From contig OZ025795.1 of NCBI GenBank assembly GCA_964019425.1, positions 62,001 to 126,000 of the forward strand: a DNA stretch of 64,000 nucleotides, written 5' to 3'. A program made the position numbers and the translations under genes. This stretch comes from Flectonema sp. DT1601 (Eukaryota). Positions 11,695-22,968 of this stretch are shown in pieces. The notes under the pieces are model-generated. The model was not told where the DNA came from. It ran no database searches and saw only the letters and a list, made by a program, of their open reading frames with translations. How positions within the stretch are numbered: position 1 is the first letter of the stretch; each line of letters opens with the position of its first letter.

Positions 11695-12886
11695 CTATCT
11701 GGTAGTCTTTTGAAAAGCAGAGAAAAACTGTTCTCCAATCTCGTTGGCGTACAGTCTCTGAGTTGCTCCTTTCTTTTCTCGTTGTGAGACAGCTTGTTGT
11801 TTACGCTCCTTATCAAGTTGTAATAAAGATTCTCTCTTCTCAAGTTGAACTTTCTTATCCAGCATGAGAGCCATACTTCTCTCGTGTTCATAACGAGCTT
11901 CTTCAATTAAACGATCTTCTTCAGCCTGTGTTTTGATTAAGTAAAAGTAGAAGTAAATAATTAATAAATAATTCACAAGTCACACGTACCTTAATTAAAC
12001 GCTGCCTCAGTTCATCTCGTTGTTTGGATTGCTGGCACTGAATTTGTTTTATTTCAGTTTTAGAAAGTCCCTTATGCTTTTCATGTGGTAGTAGACGTTC
12101 ACAGAGGATGTCACTGTCAAGCATGTTCTGAAGTTCATTAAGTCCCTGTAAAGATTCATCTTCTTTAGCTTTCTGACGTGCTTGTCGTTGTTGTTCTGCC
12201 ATTTGCTTATTAAATTCAACAGTCGTAATGAGTGCTTGTTTCTTTTGGTGTTTAGCTAGTTGTTCGATGTCCCATGCTCGTTTTGATATTTCTTCTTGTC
12301 TTGCAGCCCAGATACGCTCTTCTTCCTCTTCAAGTTTCTTTTTCATATTGTGATGATCAACTTGTTCTCTTACCCAGCTATTTAATTGATCTGTTTCTCG
12401 TCTTCGTCGGTTGGGAGCGTCCAGGTCTTCTCCTGCAAACTTTTGTAAACTGCTGGGACCACATCGAGGGTCATCATCACCTTGTCTTGCTGGGAAGTCT
12501 TTTTTCAACGCTTTCGGATCATTCAATTCCCATTCTCTTCTGACTTGAGGTTTTTGATATCTCTGTCGGTACTCGACGATGTCTTTTTCTTTCTGAAGTG
12601 CTATCGCACGACACTCTTTTTCAAGATATGCCATGTGCTTGTCTTGTTGAATGGTAGTTCTGTCGTGCCAGTCTTCCCTCTCTTGGTTAAGTATTAACAT
12701 TTGTTTCTTTTCATAAACCTGTTCGTCTAACTTCTGCCTGTCAACACCAATAGTTCTTATCTTTGGATCAAACACACGTTGTTGTCTTCCTTGTTCTAAT
12801 TTAACTCGTTGTATGTCAGTACTAGTCTTACCTCCAGCAGGCATTGGAGGACATGCTGTTGTTGTCTTTTTAAACGTCGTATTCAT
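11695..12886 (-). CDS. RIB43A: RIB43A-like axonemal microtubule inner protein (exons 12886-11990, 11925-11695)
   Basis: RVFDPKIRTIGVD, RREWELNDPKALKKDFPAR.GDDDPRCGPSSLQKFAGEDL and C-terminal NEIGEQFFSAFQKTTR. In-frame GT-AG intron. Confidence 0.9.
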
Positions 12887-13274
12887 AGTGGTCGGTATTG
12901 CTGTTGCTAGCTGAGGAGGAGAAGAATATATAAATCATCGAAGAATAAGTGAACTGAAATCGGATATTTTGTTGAACCTGTTTTTGAATTGATATAACAA
13001 CAACAACAACACAATGAGATGGCTATTTGTTCGCTGCCTAACTAGCAGCGCATTTAACGCAATTATATGTTTGGCAGTCTTCTTGAGTACTTCAGAGAGG
13101 GAAGTTTCAGTTTTTTTCTCCAGCCTGCTGTTGTAGAAATGTTACGACAGTTTTGTTAGAAGTTCTGTGTAACACTTTCAAAGTTTTTTAATTTAGTGAT
13201 ATCTCACTCTGTTGTAATTATATTAATGAACAACACTATTGTTGGTAAAAAGTGTTTAAAATATCTGACCTAAT

Positions 13275-15134
13275 TCAATCTACTCTCTGAGGGCTGACAG
13301 ATTCAGAAAGTACATCTTCGTCTCCCTCAACTCGATAGTTACGTCTTACCTGAGAGACGTATTGACTGACATCTACTTGAGTTGTGAACCTCTCAGGAAC
13401 CCAATTATCCTGAACGTCGTACTGTTTTCGATATTCATCTTCTTGTTGACGACGGTATTCCTGATGTTGTTGTGGTTGTTGTAACTTCTGTTGATGTTCC
13501 CAAGCCTGTTGCTGCATTACTTGTTGTTGTTGTTGATATCCAACTTGATATTGAGAACCATGAGATGCTCCCTGAGAACTTATCTCTGCCTTCAATCTCT
13601 TAATTGTTTGCTGTTCAGTTTCCTGTTGCTGTTGATGTTGAAAGTACGCACCAGGTGTTGCAGGAGCGAGTACAGCAGCACTACCACTATTAGCACTTCC
13701 TGCAGTCAGAGGGGGGTTCTGATTGTTTAGTAAGAAAGGTGCTGGCACTGGAATCGGACGATCTTGTTGTCCAACAGAACTTAAAACAGAATGATCAGCT
13801 AAATGTGCTCCTGTTGAATCAGATCTTAAGTTAACTACTCCACTACTCGGAGTTGATAATCTGTTTGATGAAGTAATCGATCCTGGAATAGGTTTTCCAC
13901 TTCCACCACTCAAGACTGCAGTAGTTTGATCAACTTGTTGATATCCAGAAACTGATTCTGATTCAGGGTTTGGTCTGTCACTTCCTGTACGCGGAGATGA
14001 AACAGGAAAGTTTCCACTACCGGCGGTATTAGGAACTTGGAGAGGATTTGATGCCTGCAGAGGGCGGTCACTTCCACTACGACTCAGCTCTTGTTGAAAT
14101 GTATTTGCTGGTCTGTTGGGGGTACCCGTTGGGAATTGTTGTTGTTGTTCCATCCTACCACTCCCAACACTTGAGAGTTGTTCACGTTCACGTGTTGTTC
14201 TACAAGACTCAATACTTGATCTATTATGAGGAGTAGAATTAATACCTCTATCAGGAACACTACTCTTCGATAATTGTGTTGCTGACACTGGTAGTGGATC
14301 AGCTTCGTAAGCAGATATTAACATCGCAAATGAGAAACTACCATCAGAAGCTTCTGTTGATAACAAGACAGGATTCTTTAATGGATCAAATGATACGCAA
14401 GCATCAAGATTACAAGCATCAGCTAACATTAAGAATGCCTTGCAGTATTTCTGTTCACATACTTTAGCTCCACTCTGTACCATGTCAGGATGAATTTCAT
14501 ACGCTAACAAGTCTGTTACTGGAAGACATATTGAAGTTCCACCGAAGTTTTGCTGACTAACATCATCACTTTTAATGTTGAGGAGATGCTCAGAAGGAGC
14601 GAATTGAATATTTTCACATTTGGCGTGGAAATTACTCAGCGTTTCCGACAGCTGTCCAGGTCGTGTTCTGAATCTGCAGCCAGTCATTTGGATTGGCTCA
14701 GCTTTGTCACTCACTTCTTCACAAAAAGCTATTTCAAAAACCTTTATTATTCCTTCATAGATTGTGTTTGTTTTTATTATTAATTTATCTCCTCCGCTTT
14801 CTAAAGTCATTCTCACGGATGTGATTGCGCCTACGTTTCGGAAAGCAGCTGCGAGGTACTTACAGGGAACTCTTATGTTGGCTTCTGCAGCACTGATGCC
14901 GTCTGTGTAATCTTCAACTTGGTAGTCGCAAAAGAACTGAGCTCCGAATACGACTGCCATGTGTGCAGTTCGGAGAGAGTTCACAACTCTAAAGATACAT
15001 CTTCCTCTTGATGGTTCGATAAATAATTCATCATTTACTTTAGACATACTTGAGATTACTCGAGTGATAACCCGAACTCTATTCTGAGGGATGTCCATCA
15101 GTACTCTTGGGACGGTTGTCCCTCCACCCTGCAT
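13275..15134 (-). CDS. RAD9: 9-1-1 checkpoint clamp subunit Rad9 with long disordered C-terminal tail
   Basis: RVISSMSKVNDELFIEP...RVVNSLRTAHMAVVFGAQFFCDY, KYLAAAFR, KYCKAFL..ADAC; PCNA-like fold followed by an S/Q-rich tail. Confidence 0.8.
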   Translation of the reverse strand: MQGGGTTVPRVLMDIPQNRVRVITRVISSMSKVNDELFIEPSRGRCIFRVVNSLRTAHMAVVFGAQFFCDYQVEDYTDGISAAEANIRVPCKYLAAAFRNVGAITSVRMTLESGGDKLIIKTNTIYEGIIKVFEIAFCEEVSDKAEPIQMTGCRFRTRPGQLSETLSNFHAKCENIQFAPSEHLLNIKSDDVSQQNFGGTSICLPVTDLLAYEIHPDMVQSGAKVCEQKYCKAFLMLADACNLDACVSFDPLKNPVLLSTEASDGSFSFAMLISAYEADPLPVSATQLSKSSVPDRGINSTPHNRSSIESCRTTREREQLSSVGSGRMEQQQQFPTGTPNRPANTFQQELSRSGSDRPLQASNPLQVPNTAGSGNFPVSSPRTGSDRPNPESESVSGYQQVDQTTAVLSGGSGKPIPGSITSSNRLSTPSSGVVNLRSDSTGAHLADHSVLSSVGQQDRPIPVPAPFLLNNQNPPLTAGSANSGSAAVLAPATPGAYFQHQQQQETEQQTIKRLKAEISSQGASHGSQYQVGYQQQQQVMQQQAWEHQQKLQQPQQHQEYRRQQEDEYRKQYDVQDNWVPERFTTQVDVSQYVSQVRRNYRVEGDEDVLSESVSPQRVD

Positions 15135-15378
15135 CTTTTAGATCTACTTTACTGTTAGTAATTATAATTTAGATTATTTATTGTTGTTAGAGAATCAATA
15201 TAACAGATCTCACGTCATGTAGTGTTCTACCTGTTTAGTAATAAAGTAATGTGACTGACTATTTGTAGTAAAGGGATTCTTTAGTGATCATAACCAAGGC
15301 GAAAGAAGTAATCGACACGTACAACACTTTTGATAACTTCTTTTTTTAAAACTCTTATTGGTCTTTACATTACTAGAA

Positions 15379-15846
15379 TTAGATCATTCCAATCTTGGAG
15401 GCAACGTCAAGAGCATCGCAGTCCTGGTGAATGCGGACGAAAGCCTTCTTCTTACCGTCAGGACGGATGAGGGTGTTAACCTTGACGGCCTTAACGTCGT
15501 ACAACTTCTTTACGGCGTCCTTGATCTGAATCTTGTTGCTTCTTCTGTCAACAATGAAAACCATGGTGTTGGTGTCCTCAATCTTCTTCATCGCTGATTC
15601 AGTGGTGAGTGGGCATCTGATGACTGAGAAGTGGTCATTCTTTCTCACAACTGGAGTAGTACGTCTTGGGCACTCTGGGACAGACTTGGTACGGAGTGTG
15701 TACGGTCTGTGGAACTGAACAGAGAATCTCTCCTTTCTCTTTCTGACAGCGGTGGCCTTTGGCTTCACAACCTTCTTTGCCCCTCCCTTCTTCTTGCTGA
15801 CCTTAACGATGTTAGCGGTCTGCTTTCCTTGATTCTTGGCAGGCAT
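15379..15846 (-). CDS. RPL23A: 60S ribosomal protein L23a (uL23)
   Basis: [22 protein letters not shown]...[18 protein letters not shown]...[15 protein letters not shown] at 15846. Confidence 0.95.
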   Translation of the reverse strand: MPAKNQGKQTANIVKVSKKKGGAKKVVKPKATAVRKRKERFSVQFHRPYTLRTKSVPECPRRTTPVVRKNDHFSVIRCPLTTESAMKKIEDTNTMVFIVDRRSNKIQIKDAVKKLYDVKAVKVNTLIRPDGKKKAFVRIHQDCDALDVASKIGMI

Positions 15847-16179
15847 TGTTGTGAGGTTTAAGGATCTGATCATAAGAAAGTAATATAAAATAATATTTAA
15901 CAACCATCAGTGTAACAGATACTACAAACCTTAAACACGATGAAAGGGCTTCACGTCTTTGTCTCAAATCTTTGGAACCTAGTTAAAATCTGGGAAATAC
16001 TAACAAAACATTACAGAGTGACAACAACACACACAAAACTACAATAACGAACCAATTTAAAAAAGAAAAACGATAACTACACTCTTCCTTCTCCCTGTCG
16101 GGATTGGCAACACCCGACAACACACCCGATATTATAATAATTCTTTAAAAACAGATAAACACGAAGTGGATATCCCCAT

Positions 16180-17130
16180 TTGGGTATCCTTTCTAAGAAA
16201 GAAAAAAAAAAAGAAAACTCCAAAAACGATATTCTTGACCATATGAGATTCAAACTGCCAGTAGAGAAGCTTTTTCCCATCGCTGCGCAAACCAAAGTCA
16301 GCAAAGTGCTGGCTGTTTGCGGGGATGGTTTCTTTTGTTTTATATCACACAGAGTCAGACAATTTAATAAACTCACTGATGACATGCCATCAGGACAAAA
16401 TATTATGCTTATGAGAGTATGTAGACCACATTGTGGGTGGCTCTATTTCACTCACAAACTTCACTTCAGAGAGGGACTCCAAACGAAGACAAAGAAACCG
16501 ACATATATCTCAGTTGATCCTGATAAGGTTCTAATCAGGACATGCATGAAATCAGTACCTCATCACATGCATTCGCAATTAGAGAACTACTTGACATGTA
16601 TTAAAGAGAGAGCAGTTAAAAATAAGATTCGCATATCACTTTCTGAAGACCTGACACTCGATCAACTCACGAGAGTTACAATCGCTAACTACTAAAAGAC
16701 GAATGGGAAAAAACAAACGAAATAGGAAAGTGAAAAAGTGTACCGTCAAACTAAATTACGCGTGAAAAATAACAGATATTCAGCTTTGTCTCTCTAGCGG
16801 AGGAATACAAGCCGAGACAATGGCGAAAAAAATCAAAATAATAGCAGTTCGGTACTGAGGCTGCCTCAATAGCTCCCTCCTCGAATTTAGTTACTTTGGA
16901 AACACTCGTTCAATTACATGATATTTTTCGTGAGAAGAACAAAATAACCCGAGACTACCTGCGATGGTGAAAAAGAAGTTAAGACAGTACTGAAAGTTCC
17001 CTTAAAATGCCCTTCCGTTGAGAACCTGAGGTAGTTGTTTTATGAGGATTCAATCTAAAGTGTTTCAAACACACTTCGTATCTCACAGACAACCTGACCA
17101 GGTGTACATTTCACAATCAAAATGAAAGAT
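16180..17130 (+). pseudogene. Antisense-oriented decayed coding sequence (possible mobile-element remnant)
   Basis: 171-aa plus-strand ORF in an otherwise minus-strand array, followed by stop-interrupted sequence of coding-like complexity. No domain recognised. Confidence 0.3.
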
Positions 17131-17385
17131 GTACTGCACGCAATATAACAAACAAAAAGAAGAAAAAAAAATTGAGAATTACAAATTATATGTCAGCTCA
17201 ATCCCGTGAGGAGATAGCTGTGGATAAGGGAGTAATTTGTTCTGTGTTTTGGTAATGTAAAACATCACAAGTTTATTCACCCTATCTAGTGCGTGTTTGA
17301 GTACGAGAAAAATATATTTATAAAAAAGAATAGGGCCACACGTCTTAAGAGGATAAGATTTATTATTAAAACCAAAAAGGGGAAG

Positions 17386-19971
17386 TTACAAAGCAACCGC
17401 CTGGCTATCATTTATTTGGAATGAATTAGCAAGTTGGCGATTGGATGATTGTGATTTAGGAGCAACAGGTGTGAATGTCAAAGTACAAGACTCTCCACCT
17501 CGGACGGGAGCTGCCAGGTATTGGTCAGGTTCAGTCGCAGGGGGATTAAGTGGCTGACGAACTCCTGTAAGAAGACACGGATCCTTTCCTCTAATGTCAT
17601 TCAATCCAATCACATTAGCTGACGTACTACCTGATGAAATCCTCCTAACAGGAGGTTGTGTATAATCACCAGTACGAAATGGAGCTGCCAGAGTCTCATT
17701 ATCAACAGGCACTGATAACAATGGCTGATGTAGTTTAATTAAATGTTTATTATCTAAAGACGATGTCAACGAATCTCGACAACCTGGATCTGACAACGCG
17801 GTTGCCTTTAAAATAAATCTATTAATCTCAGCTAACTCTGACTCGTAACGAGTACTGCTAGTGGATGAAAATGTTGCTTGTTGACTTGCGTCACGAACTC
17901 GTTTTCGACGTCCAATACAGATATCAGTAATGTATGCGATGAGATCAACTGATACTTTCATCATAACCATGTAAAGAGATGCTAATAATAAGAAAGATGG
18001 TGATCCTGATATCTCTTCACCCCTTCCAAGATCGATGGTCATAATAATCACAGCTGCAGACATTGCACTCGCAACGATTATTGACCAAAAGTTATCAAAA
18101 GGACTCTCATAAGGTCTGAATGCTAGAATACTTATTGGGAACAAACTCAACAACACGCTTATAATAACATTCCTACCTGTACAAGCTGATGAGCTCTCTG
18201 GTATCCAAGCAGATAGTATTGATAAGAGAAGCATTTCAATCATTTCTATACAAGAAAACCAAATACAACCAGTCCTGTAGCCTTCATAAATAATTCCAAA
18301 CCTCTCTGCGTGGTGTTCTGCTGTTGAAACCCAAACGTGGGATCCAAAGAAGGTCTTGTAGACAAACAGCTTTACTCCCGTGAGAGGTTTTATTTTTGTT
18401 GATTCACTGACGCTGCTACTGCCAGTCCTCGGATCGACAACTTGAACTGCGTCTATTCTTCTAAGGACATAAATATAAACAACAATCGGTACTGATGCAC
18501 ATCCAAGTAAACCACTAATACCAATTGTTGTGTATCCAGCATGTGATCTCGGATGAAAGGCGAGTCTTGCACTAACCAAGCTAGTCCCTTGCATTAGAAA
18601 AAGTGTTGCTAAAAAACCTATTCCTGGGGCACGTGAAAATCCGCATGCTCGTTGCCAACTTTTTTGTGGGAATAAAGCTTTATAAATCAAAGCAAAGAAG
18701 TACGCAAGTAACAACAACCCAATAACTAACAAGGGGTTCATTACCATGGCTCCAATTAGATATCGTTGGGCGTTGTCTCCGATTGCAACATTAGTTGGAT
18801 GGAATTCAACGTCGAGTGACTTCCCCTCATCCAAATCAACATCATCGACTGTACATGAGAAGGCTCTTAAGATTGCTAGCTTTCCGACATTAGCTACTAT
18901 TGGACCTCCTCCTCCTCCTGCATTTGAAACACCGATGACGACAGCAGTAATTACTTCTTCTTGTTCTATTTGACGATTGTCTTCTATCTCTTGTGGAGTC
19001 TTGACACCACTACTTGCTGTTGTTTCTTCAAGAGGGGGATACTCTGCTGCGGTTGTTGTCAGTGTGTTAGCGATTGTGCAGTTTTCAAAGTCACTTGAAA
19101 AAACATTTCCTCCCTGACACTGAATATACTGAACTGATGGTGTACCTGAGACACATCGTTGAATACAAGACTGACCAGTTGCAATTGGAAGAACGCATTC
19201 TAATACAGCTGGAGGTGATACAGTTGGTGCATCTCTACATGATCCTGATTCAGCAAGTTTTTCATCATCAGGATCACATGCTTTCGTACCACAAGTTAGA
19301 GCAAGAGTTCCAGCAAAGTCTGCTGCAGAACATGATTTAAATCCGACACAATTAACACTACATCGATCTGTTGAAGATCCTCCTGTTGGACAAACAACAC
19401 TTGATTTCGTACAGGAAGCAATCTCTGAGCAAGTAACATCACAATTAGCTCCACAAGTAACATTAGTTGACGCACAAGATGCTGTTTTTGTACAATTTAA
19501 AGCACACTTACCGGAGGCATATGTTGTTTTGTCGTAGCAGCTTAAAGATGTTTGTTGACAACTATCAGAACCACTACAATGAAGACTTAATGAAGATGAA
19601 TTACTGTTTGTACTACTCGTTGTGGATCCTTCACAAGAATATCTACCACTGCATCTCACATCGAAGGCTGCGGGTACATCACCAGCTGTACTGATATTTG
19701 ATCTCTTACATGAACTCTCACCGCAGTCAAGGTTACAACTACCTCCAGTGCAATGCATTTGTGCTCCTATGCATCCTCCCTCACTACAGAAGATATCACA
19801 GTCTTGACATGTTATTGTGCTATTCACACACGATGACGTCGAATTACATTCGAATAGGCATCCGTTACAACTGCAGTCACTACCCTGAAGACATCTTTCA
19901 TTTAGTTTGACAGCATTGATTGATGTTATTGTTATTAACACCAATCCCGTTCTGAGTAACATGTTCAACAT
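17386..19971 (-). CDS. Cys-rich ectodomain, multi-pass (about 7 TM) surface membrane protein
   Basis: Signal peptide, then about 280 aa of C-x(3-5)-SC repeats, a multi-TM region (..RFGIIYEGYR..WF..RPYESPFDN..) and a disordered cytosolic tail. Confidence 0.8.
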   Translation of the reverse strand: MLNMLLRTGLVLITITSINAVKLNERCLQGSDCSCNGCLFECNSTSSCVNSTITCQDCDIFCSEGGCIGAQMHCTGGSCNLDCGESSCKRSNISTAGDVPAAFDVRCSGRYSCEGSTTSSTNSNSSSLSLHCSGSDSCQQTSLSCYDKTTYASGKCALNCTKTASCASTNVTCGANCDVTCSEIASCTKSSVVCPTGGSSTDRCSVNCVGFKSCSAADFAGTLALTCGTKACDPDDEKLAESGSCRDAPTVSPPAVLECVLPIATGQSCIQRCVSGTPSVQYIQCQGGNVFSSDFENCTIANTLTTTAAEYPPLEETTASSGVKTPQEIEDNRQIEQEEVITAVVIGVSNAGGGGGPIVANVGKLAILRAFSCTVDDVDLDEGKSLDVEFHPTNVAIGDNAQRYLIGAMVMNPLLVIGLLLLAYFFALIYKALFPQKSWQRACGFSRAPGIGFLATLFLMQGTSLVSARLAFHPRSHAGYTTIGISGLLGCASVPIVVYIYVLRRIDAVQVVDPRTGSSSVSESTKIKPLTGVKLFVYKTFFGSHVWVSTAEHHAERFGIIYEGYRTGCIWFSCIEMIEMLLLSILSAWIPESSSACTGRNVIISVLLSLFPISILAFRPYESPFDNFWSIIVASAMSAAVIIMTIDLGRGEEISGSPSFLLLASLYMVMMKVSVDLIAYITDICIGRRKRVRDASQQATFSSTSSTRYESELAEINRFILKATALSDPGCRDSLTSSLDNKHLIKLHQPLLSVPVDNETLAAPFRTGDYTQPPVRRISSGSTSANVIGLNDIRGKDPCLLTGVRQPLNPPATEPDQYLAAPVRGGESCTLTFTPVAPKSQSSNRQLANSFQINDSQAVAL

Positions 19972-20297
19972 TCATAATGTTAGGGTTCTGTAGAAATATA
20001 ATTAACAAGCAGTACACGAAAGATGTTTGATTAGATGGGATTTCTCAGGTCTTAATAATATATTCATGTATTCTGTATTAAAGAAGTAGAGTCTTTTTGT
20101 GTTAAGAATGTCGTCACAACGGACTTGCATTGAATCGACAGATTTCATTTTCCTGTTCTTTCGTTTTCTCGTGCCTTAGAAGGCGCCTCCTACACTGAAT
20201 AATTAATTACCTGACTGATCACCTGCACGCAGTGAACTGTGCGTCACAAGCAACTCTGCTTGTCGGGGGGTTGGCACGCCGTTGGATGTGATGCGAA

Positions 20298-21313
20298 CTA
20301 CTTTTTGTTGCCTCCGCCTCCGCCTTCACCACCACCGCCCTCTGCTTCTGGAGCACCTCCCTGCATTCTCATCGCCATCACGGCGATTAGAAGGTAAAGC
20401 TGTTTTAGTTGGTCGTTGATCAGTATTGTAGATTAGAGTGAATGATGAATAAACTAATAACATACTCCATATTTCTCAAAGAATCCTTTCTCTTGAGGTT
20501 CCTCTTCTGCCTCTCCTCTCTCAACTCTCTCCTGACGTTGTTTATCTTTTCTAGCCTTCTCCGCTTGTTGGTTTGCTTGTGTCGAGTAAATTGAGTCTTC
20601 CTTGCTGCTCTTGTCAAAGATAGCTGGTCTTCTTGGTGGGCGGTCAGCCATGATGACTTGGTGACGAGTACTTTCAACCTGTTGTGTGTTTTGTTTGCTG
20701 AGAATCTGAGATTGGTAATAGGGCTCTCGGAGATCGAATTAAATAACAAAACTATTTAGTAGAAAAGAAATCTGCAAATAATTGTTATATAAATCTCACA
20801 GAGAAGTTAAAGTAAACAAACCTTCAGTAGCCTGTCCTGCTTCAGAGCCTCTGACGTGCAAGCATCAAGAGCTGTGGCTCTGGTTTTAACGTAGGCTGAG
20901 CCGTATGGAGCTAGACCGACTATTCTCTTTTTGTTGTCGTCGTGGGGGGCAAATGTGACACGGAAATGCTCTGAAAAAGCAGAGTTAATCAACTCACAGG
21001 TACTAACTCCAACCTGAACGCTGTTGGCGGAGGTCATTCCAGAGAAGTCATCAGCTGGTGTCTGAGCAATCCTGACATAATACTGAGTTTTAGTACCGAG
21101 GTCTTGGATGCTGTTCCATTCTTCGAATGAGCCATCAAATCCAATTTGGTACATCTCTCCTACCCACAAGAATCCTTTCTCACTCCATTTTGATCCATCT
21201 AAACTGTACTGCATTGGGAACTTGTGAATGACTACCTCATCTTCATTCTTCTTTTTCTTTCCACTTGCGGTGCTCAGGCAAGCCAATACCGCGAATACGG
21301 CTAATAGCCGCAT
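20298..21313 (-). CDS. EMC10: ER membrane protein complex subunit 10-like (exons 21313-20822, 20678-20466, 20399-20298)
   Basis: Signal peptide, luminal domain (YYVRI...VSTCELINSAFSEHF), then EEPQEKGFFEKYG|LYLLIAVMAMRMQGG..., matching the EMC10 SFF.KY-TM-Gly-rich end. Two GT-AG introns join three segments. Confidence 0.75.
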
Positions 21314-21505
21314 ATTGTGTTTGCGAGTGAAGCTCTGCAAAGATGACGTTAATAACTAGCTCATCTTGAAATCAATAAATAAAAGAAACTAAAAAAATAA
21401 TAATTGGATACAATTACAAGACTAAAATAATAAGAAACTGAAAAAACTAAATTAAATGCAATAAACTGACGAGGGCCGCAGGTATGTTAGAATAACCAAC
21501 CTCAC

Positions 21506-22444
21506 TTATAAGTCATCTACTTCTACATCATTAGACTTATGTTGACTAAATAACGTCTTAGACGGGGAAAGTGAACTCAAAACACTTATTGTCGATAGAG
21601 GTGGTGAGAAAGTAGATGCTAACTTCTTAGGAGGAGATAACGAAGTAGCAGTTGGTGTTGTTTGCTGCTGTCTATCATGAGAATTGATGTACGTATTTCG
21701 AGAATACGAAGTCGTTAGAGAACCACTACAACGATCACAAAGACTTTCTCTACGATCTTCAGACTTAGTTAGATCCCAGACGTCATCAAACACGGGGTTC
21801 AGTGATGCGATTGTTGAGATGTCTTTTTCTGGAAGTTGTTGTTGTATTTCAGGCTGAATTTGTTCTGGCGGAGGAGTTGAATTTTCTTTCGGTTTGCTGT
21901 TCGTAGTTTTTAATATTTTAATTTTTGCCGACACCACAACCCTGAAATGCCTCCTCCTAAAACTCTCAGCAACCAATTGAGGACTTCTACTGTTGTGACA
22001 TTCAACACCGAGAATATTCTCACCATCAGCTACCTCAGCATCAATCCACCATTCTCCTTGAGAGAGTTGTAGTGATGATTTTTGACTACCCGGTTTCATT
22101 TGTATTTTTAACATAACACTTTTTCTTTTAGACGCCTCATAGCTTAACATGAAACCCTTTATTGCCTGTAGTGATGTGTCTAGTAGTAACTTTCTACTAC
22201 TCGTCTCTAATTCTTCGATAATATAAAGTGGTGGTGGGATAGTTAATTGATGTGTTAATATCTCTCTTGTTGTTTGTGGTGATGAAATTAATTTTTTCAC
22301 ATTTATTACTCCAAAACTACTTTCTAACTGTTCCCCACATATCTTTAATGATAATTCCTTAAGGAGTCTTTTATTCTCTAGCTCAGCCTGAGCTAGACGT
22401 TCACTCCCCGTACCCCGACTACGGTTAGCTGTAGCCGCCCTCAT
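21506..22444 (-). CDS. Hypothetical protein
   Basis: Long ORF (likely start MRAATANR) with an N-terminal coiled coil and S/T-rich tail. Confidence 0.6.
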   Translation of the reverse strand: MRAATANRSRGTGSERLAQAELENKRLLKELSLKICGEQLESSFGVINVKKLISSPQTTREILTHQLTIPPPLYIIEELETSSRKLLLDTSLQAIKGFMLSYEASKRKSVMLKIQMKPGSQKSSLQLSQGEWWIDAEVADGENILGVECHNSRSPQLVAESFRRRHFRVVVSAKIKILKTTNSKPKENSTPPPEQIQPEIQQQLPEKDISTIASLNPVFDDVWDLTKSEDRRESLCDRCSGSLTTSYSRNTYINSHDRQQQTTPTATSLSPPKKLASTFSPPLSTISVLSSLSPSKTLFSQHKSNDVEVDDL

Positions 22445-22785
22445 TTTTTGCAATACTGTTTTTTTTAAAAAAACAAGTTGATGCCTATTGTGATCTGATT
22501 GTAATTCAAACACTAAACAGATCAATCAGGTGAGGACTGTTCTTCACATTCATGTCAAGGAACTCAAAGACATGAAGTAAATGAGAGAACAAAAGACTGA
22601 CCACAGATGATTAATAAAGTAGAGTACTGGTCAAGTAACTATCAGAATTTAAGGACAAATAATAAAATACTTCTTCAAGTTCTACAAATGTTTAGCAATG
22701 GCACAGAGACTCTCTGCTCTGTTAGTGTCTCTGCCGTGACGCTGTTCAAAGTAAAGTCAGAATCGATCGTACCTACTAAGGCTGG

Positions 22786-22968
22786 CTATTTCTCCTCTGC
22801 AGCTTCTTCATTATTCAGTTGTTTCTCATGCTGTTCTAAGACGCGGATTTCTTCGGTCAACTCATCGACGGTTGTAACTAATTCTTGCATTCCAGTCATC
22901 ACTCTTTCCAACTCTACGACAGTCGAATCCAGTCGTTCGGTCAGGTCAGAAATAGTTTTAGTACTCAT
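22786..22968 (-). CDS. Small acidic coiled-coil protein (60 aa)
   Basis: Clear heptad pattern and ATG start on the gene strand. Family not identified. Confidence 0.45.
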   Translation of the reverse strand: MSTKTISDLTERLDSTVVELERVMTGMQELVTTVDELTEEIRVLEQHEKQLNNEEAAEEK

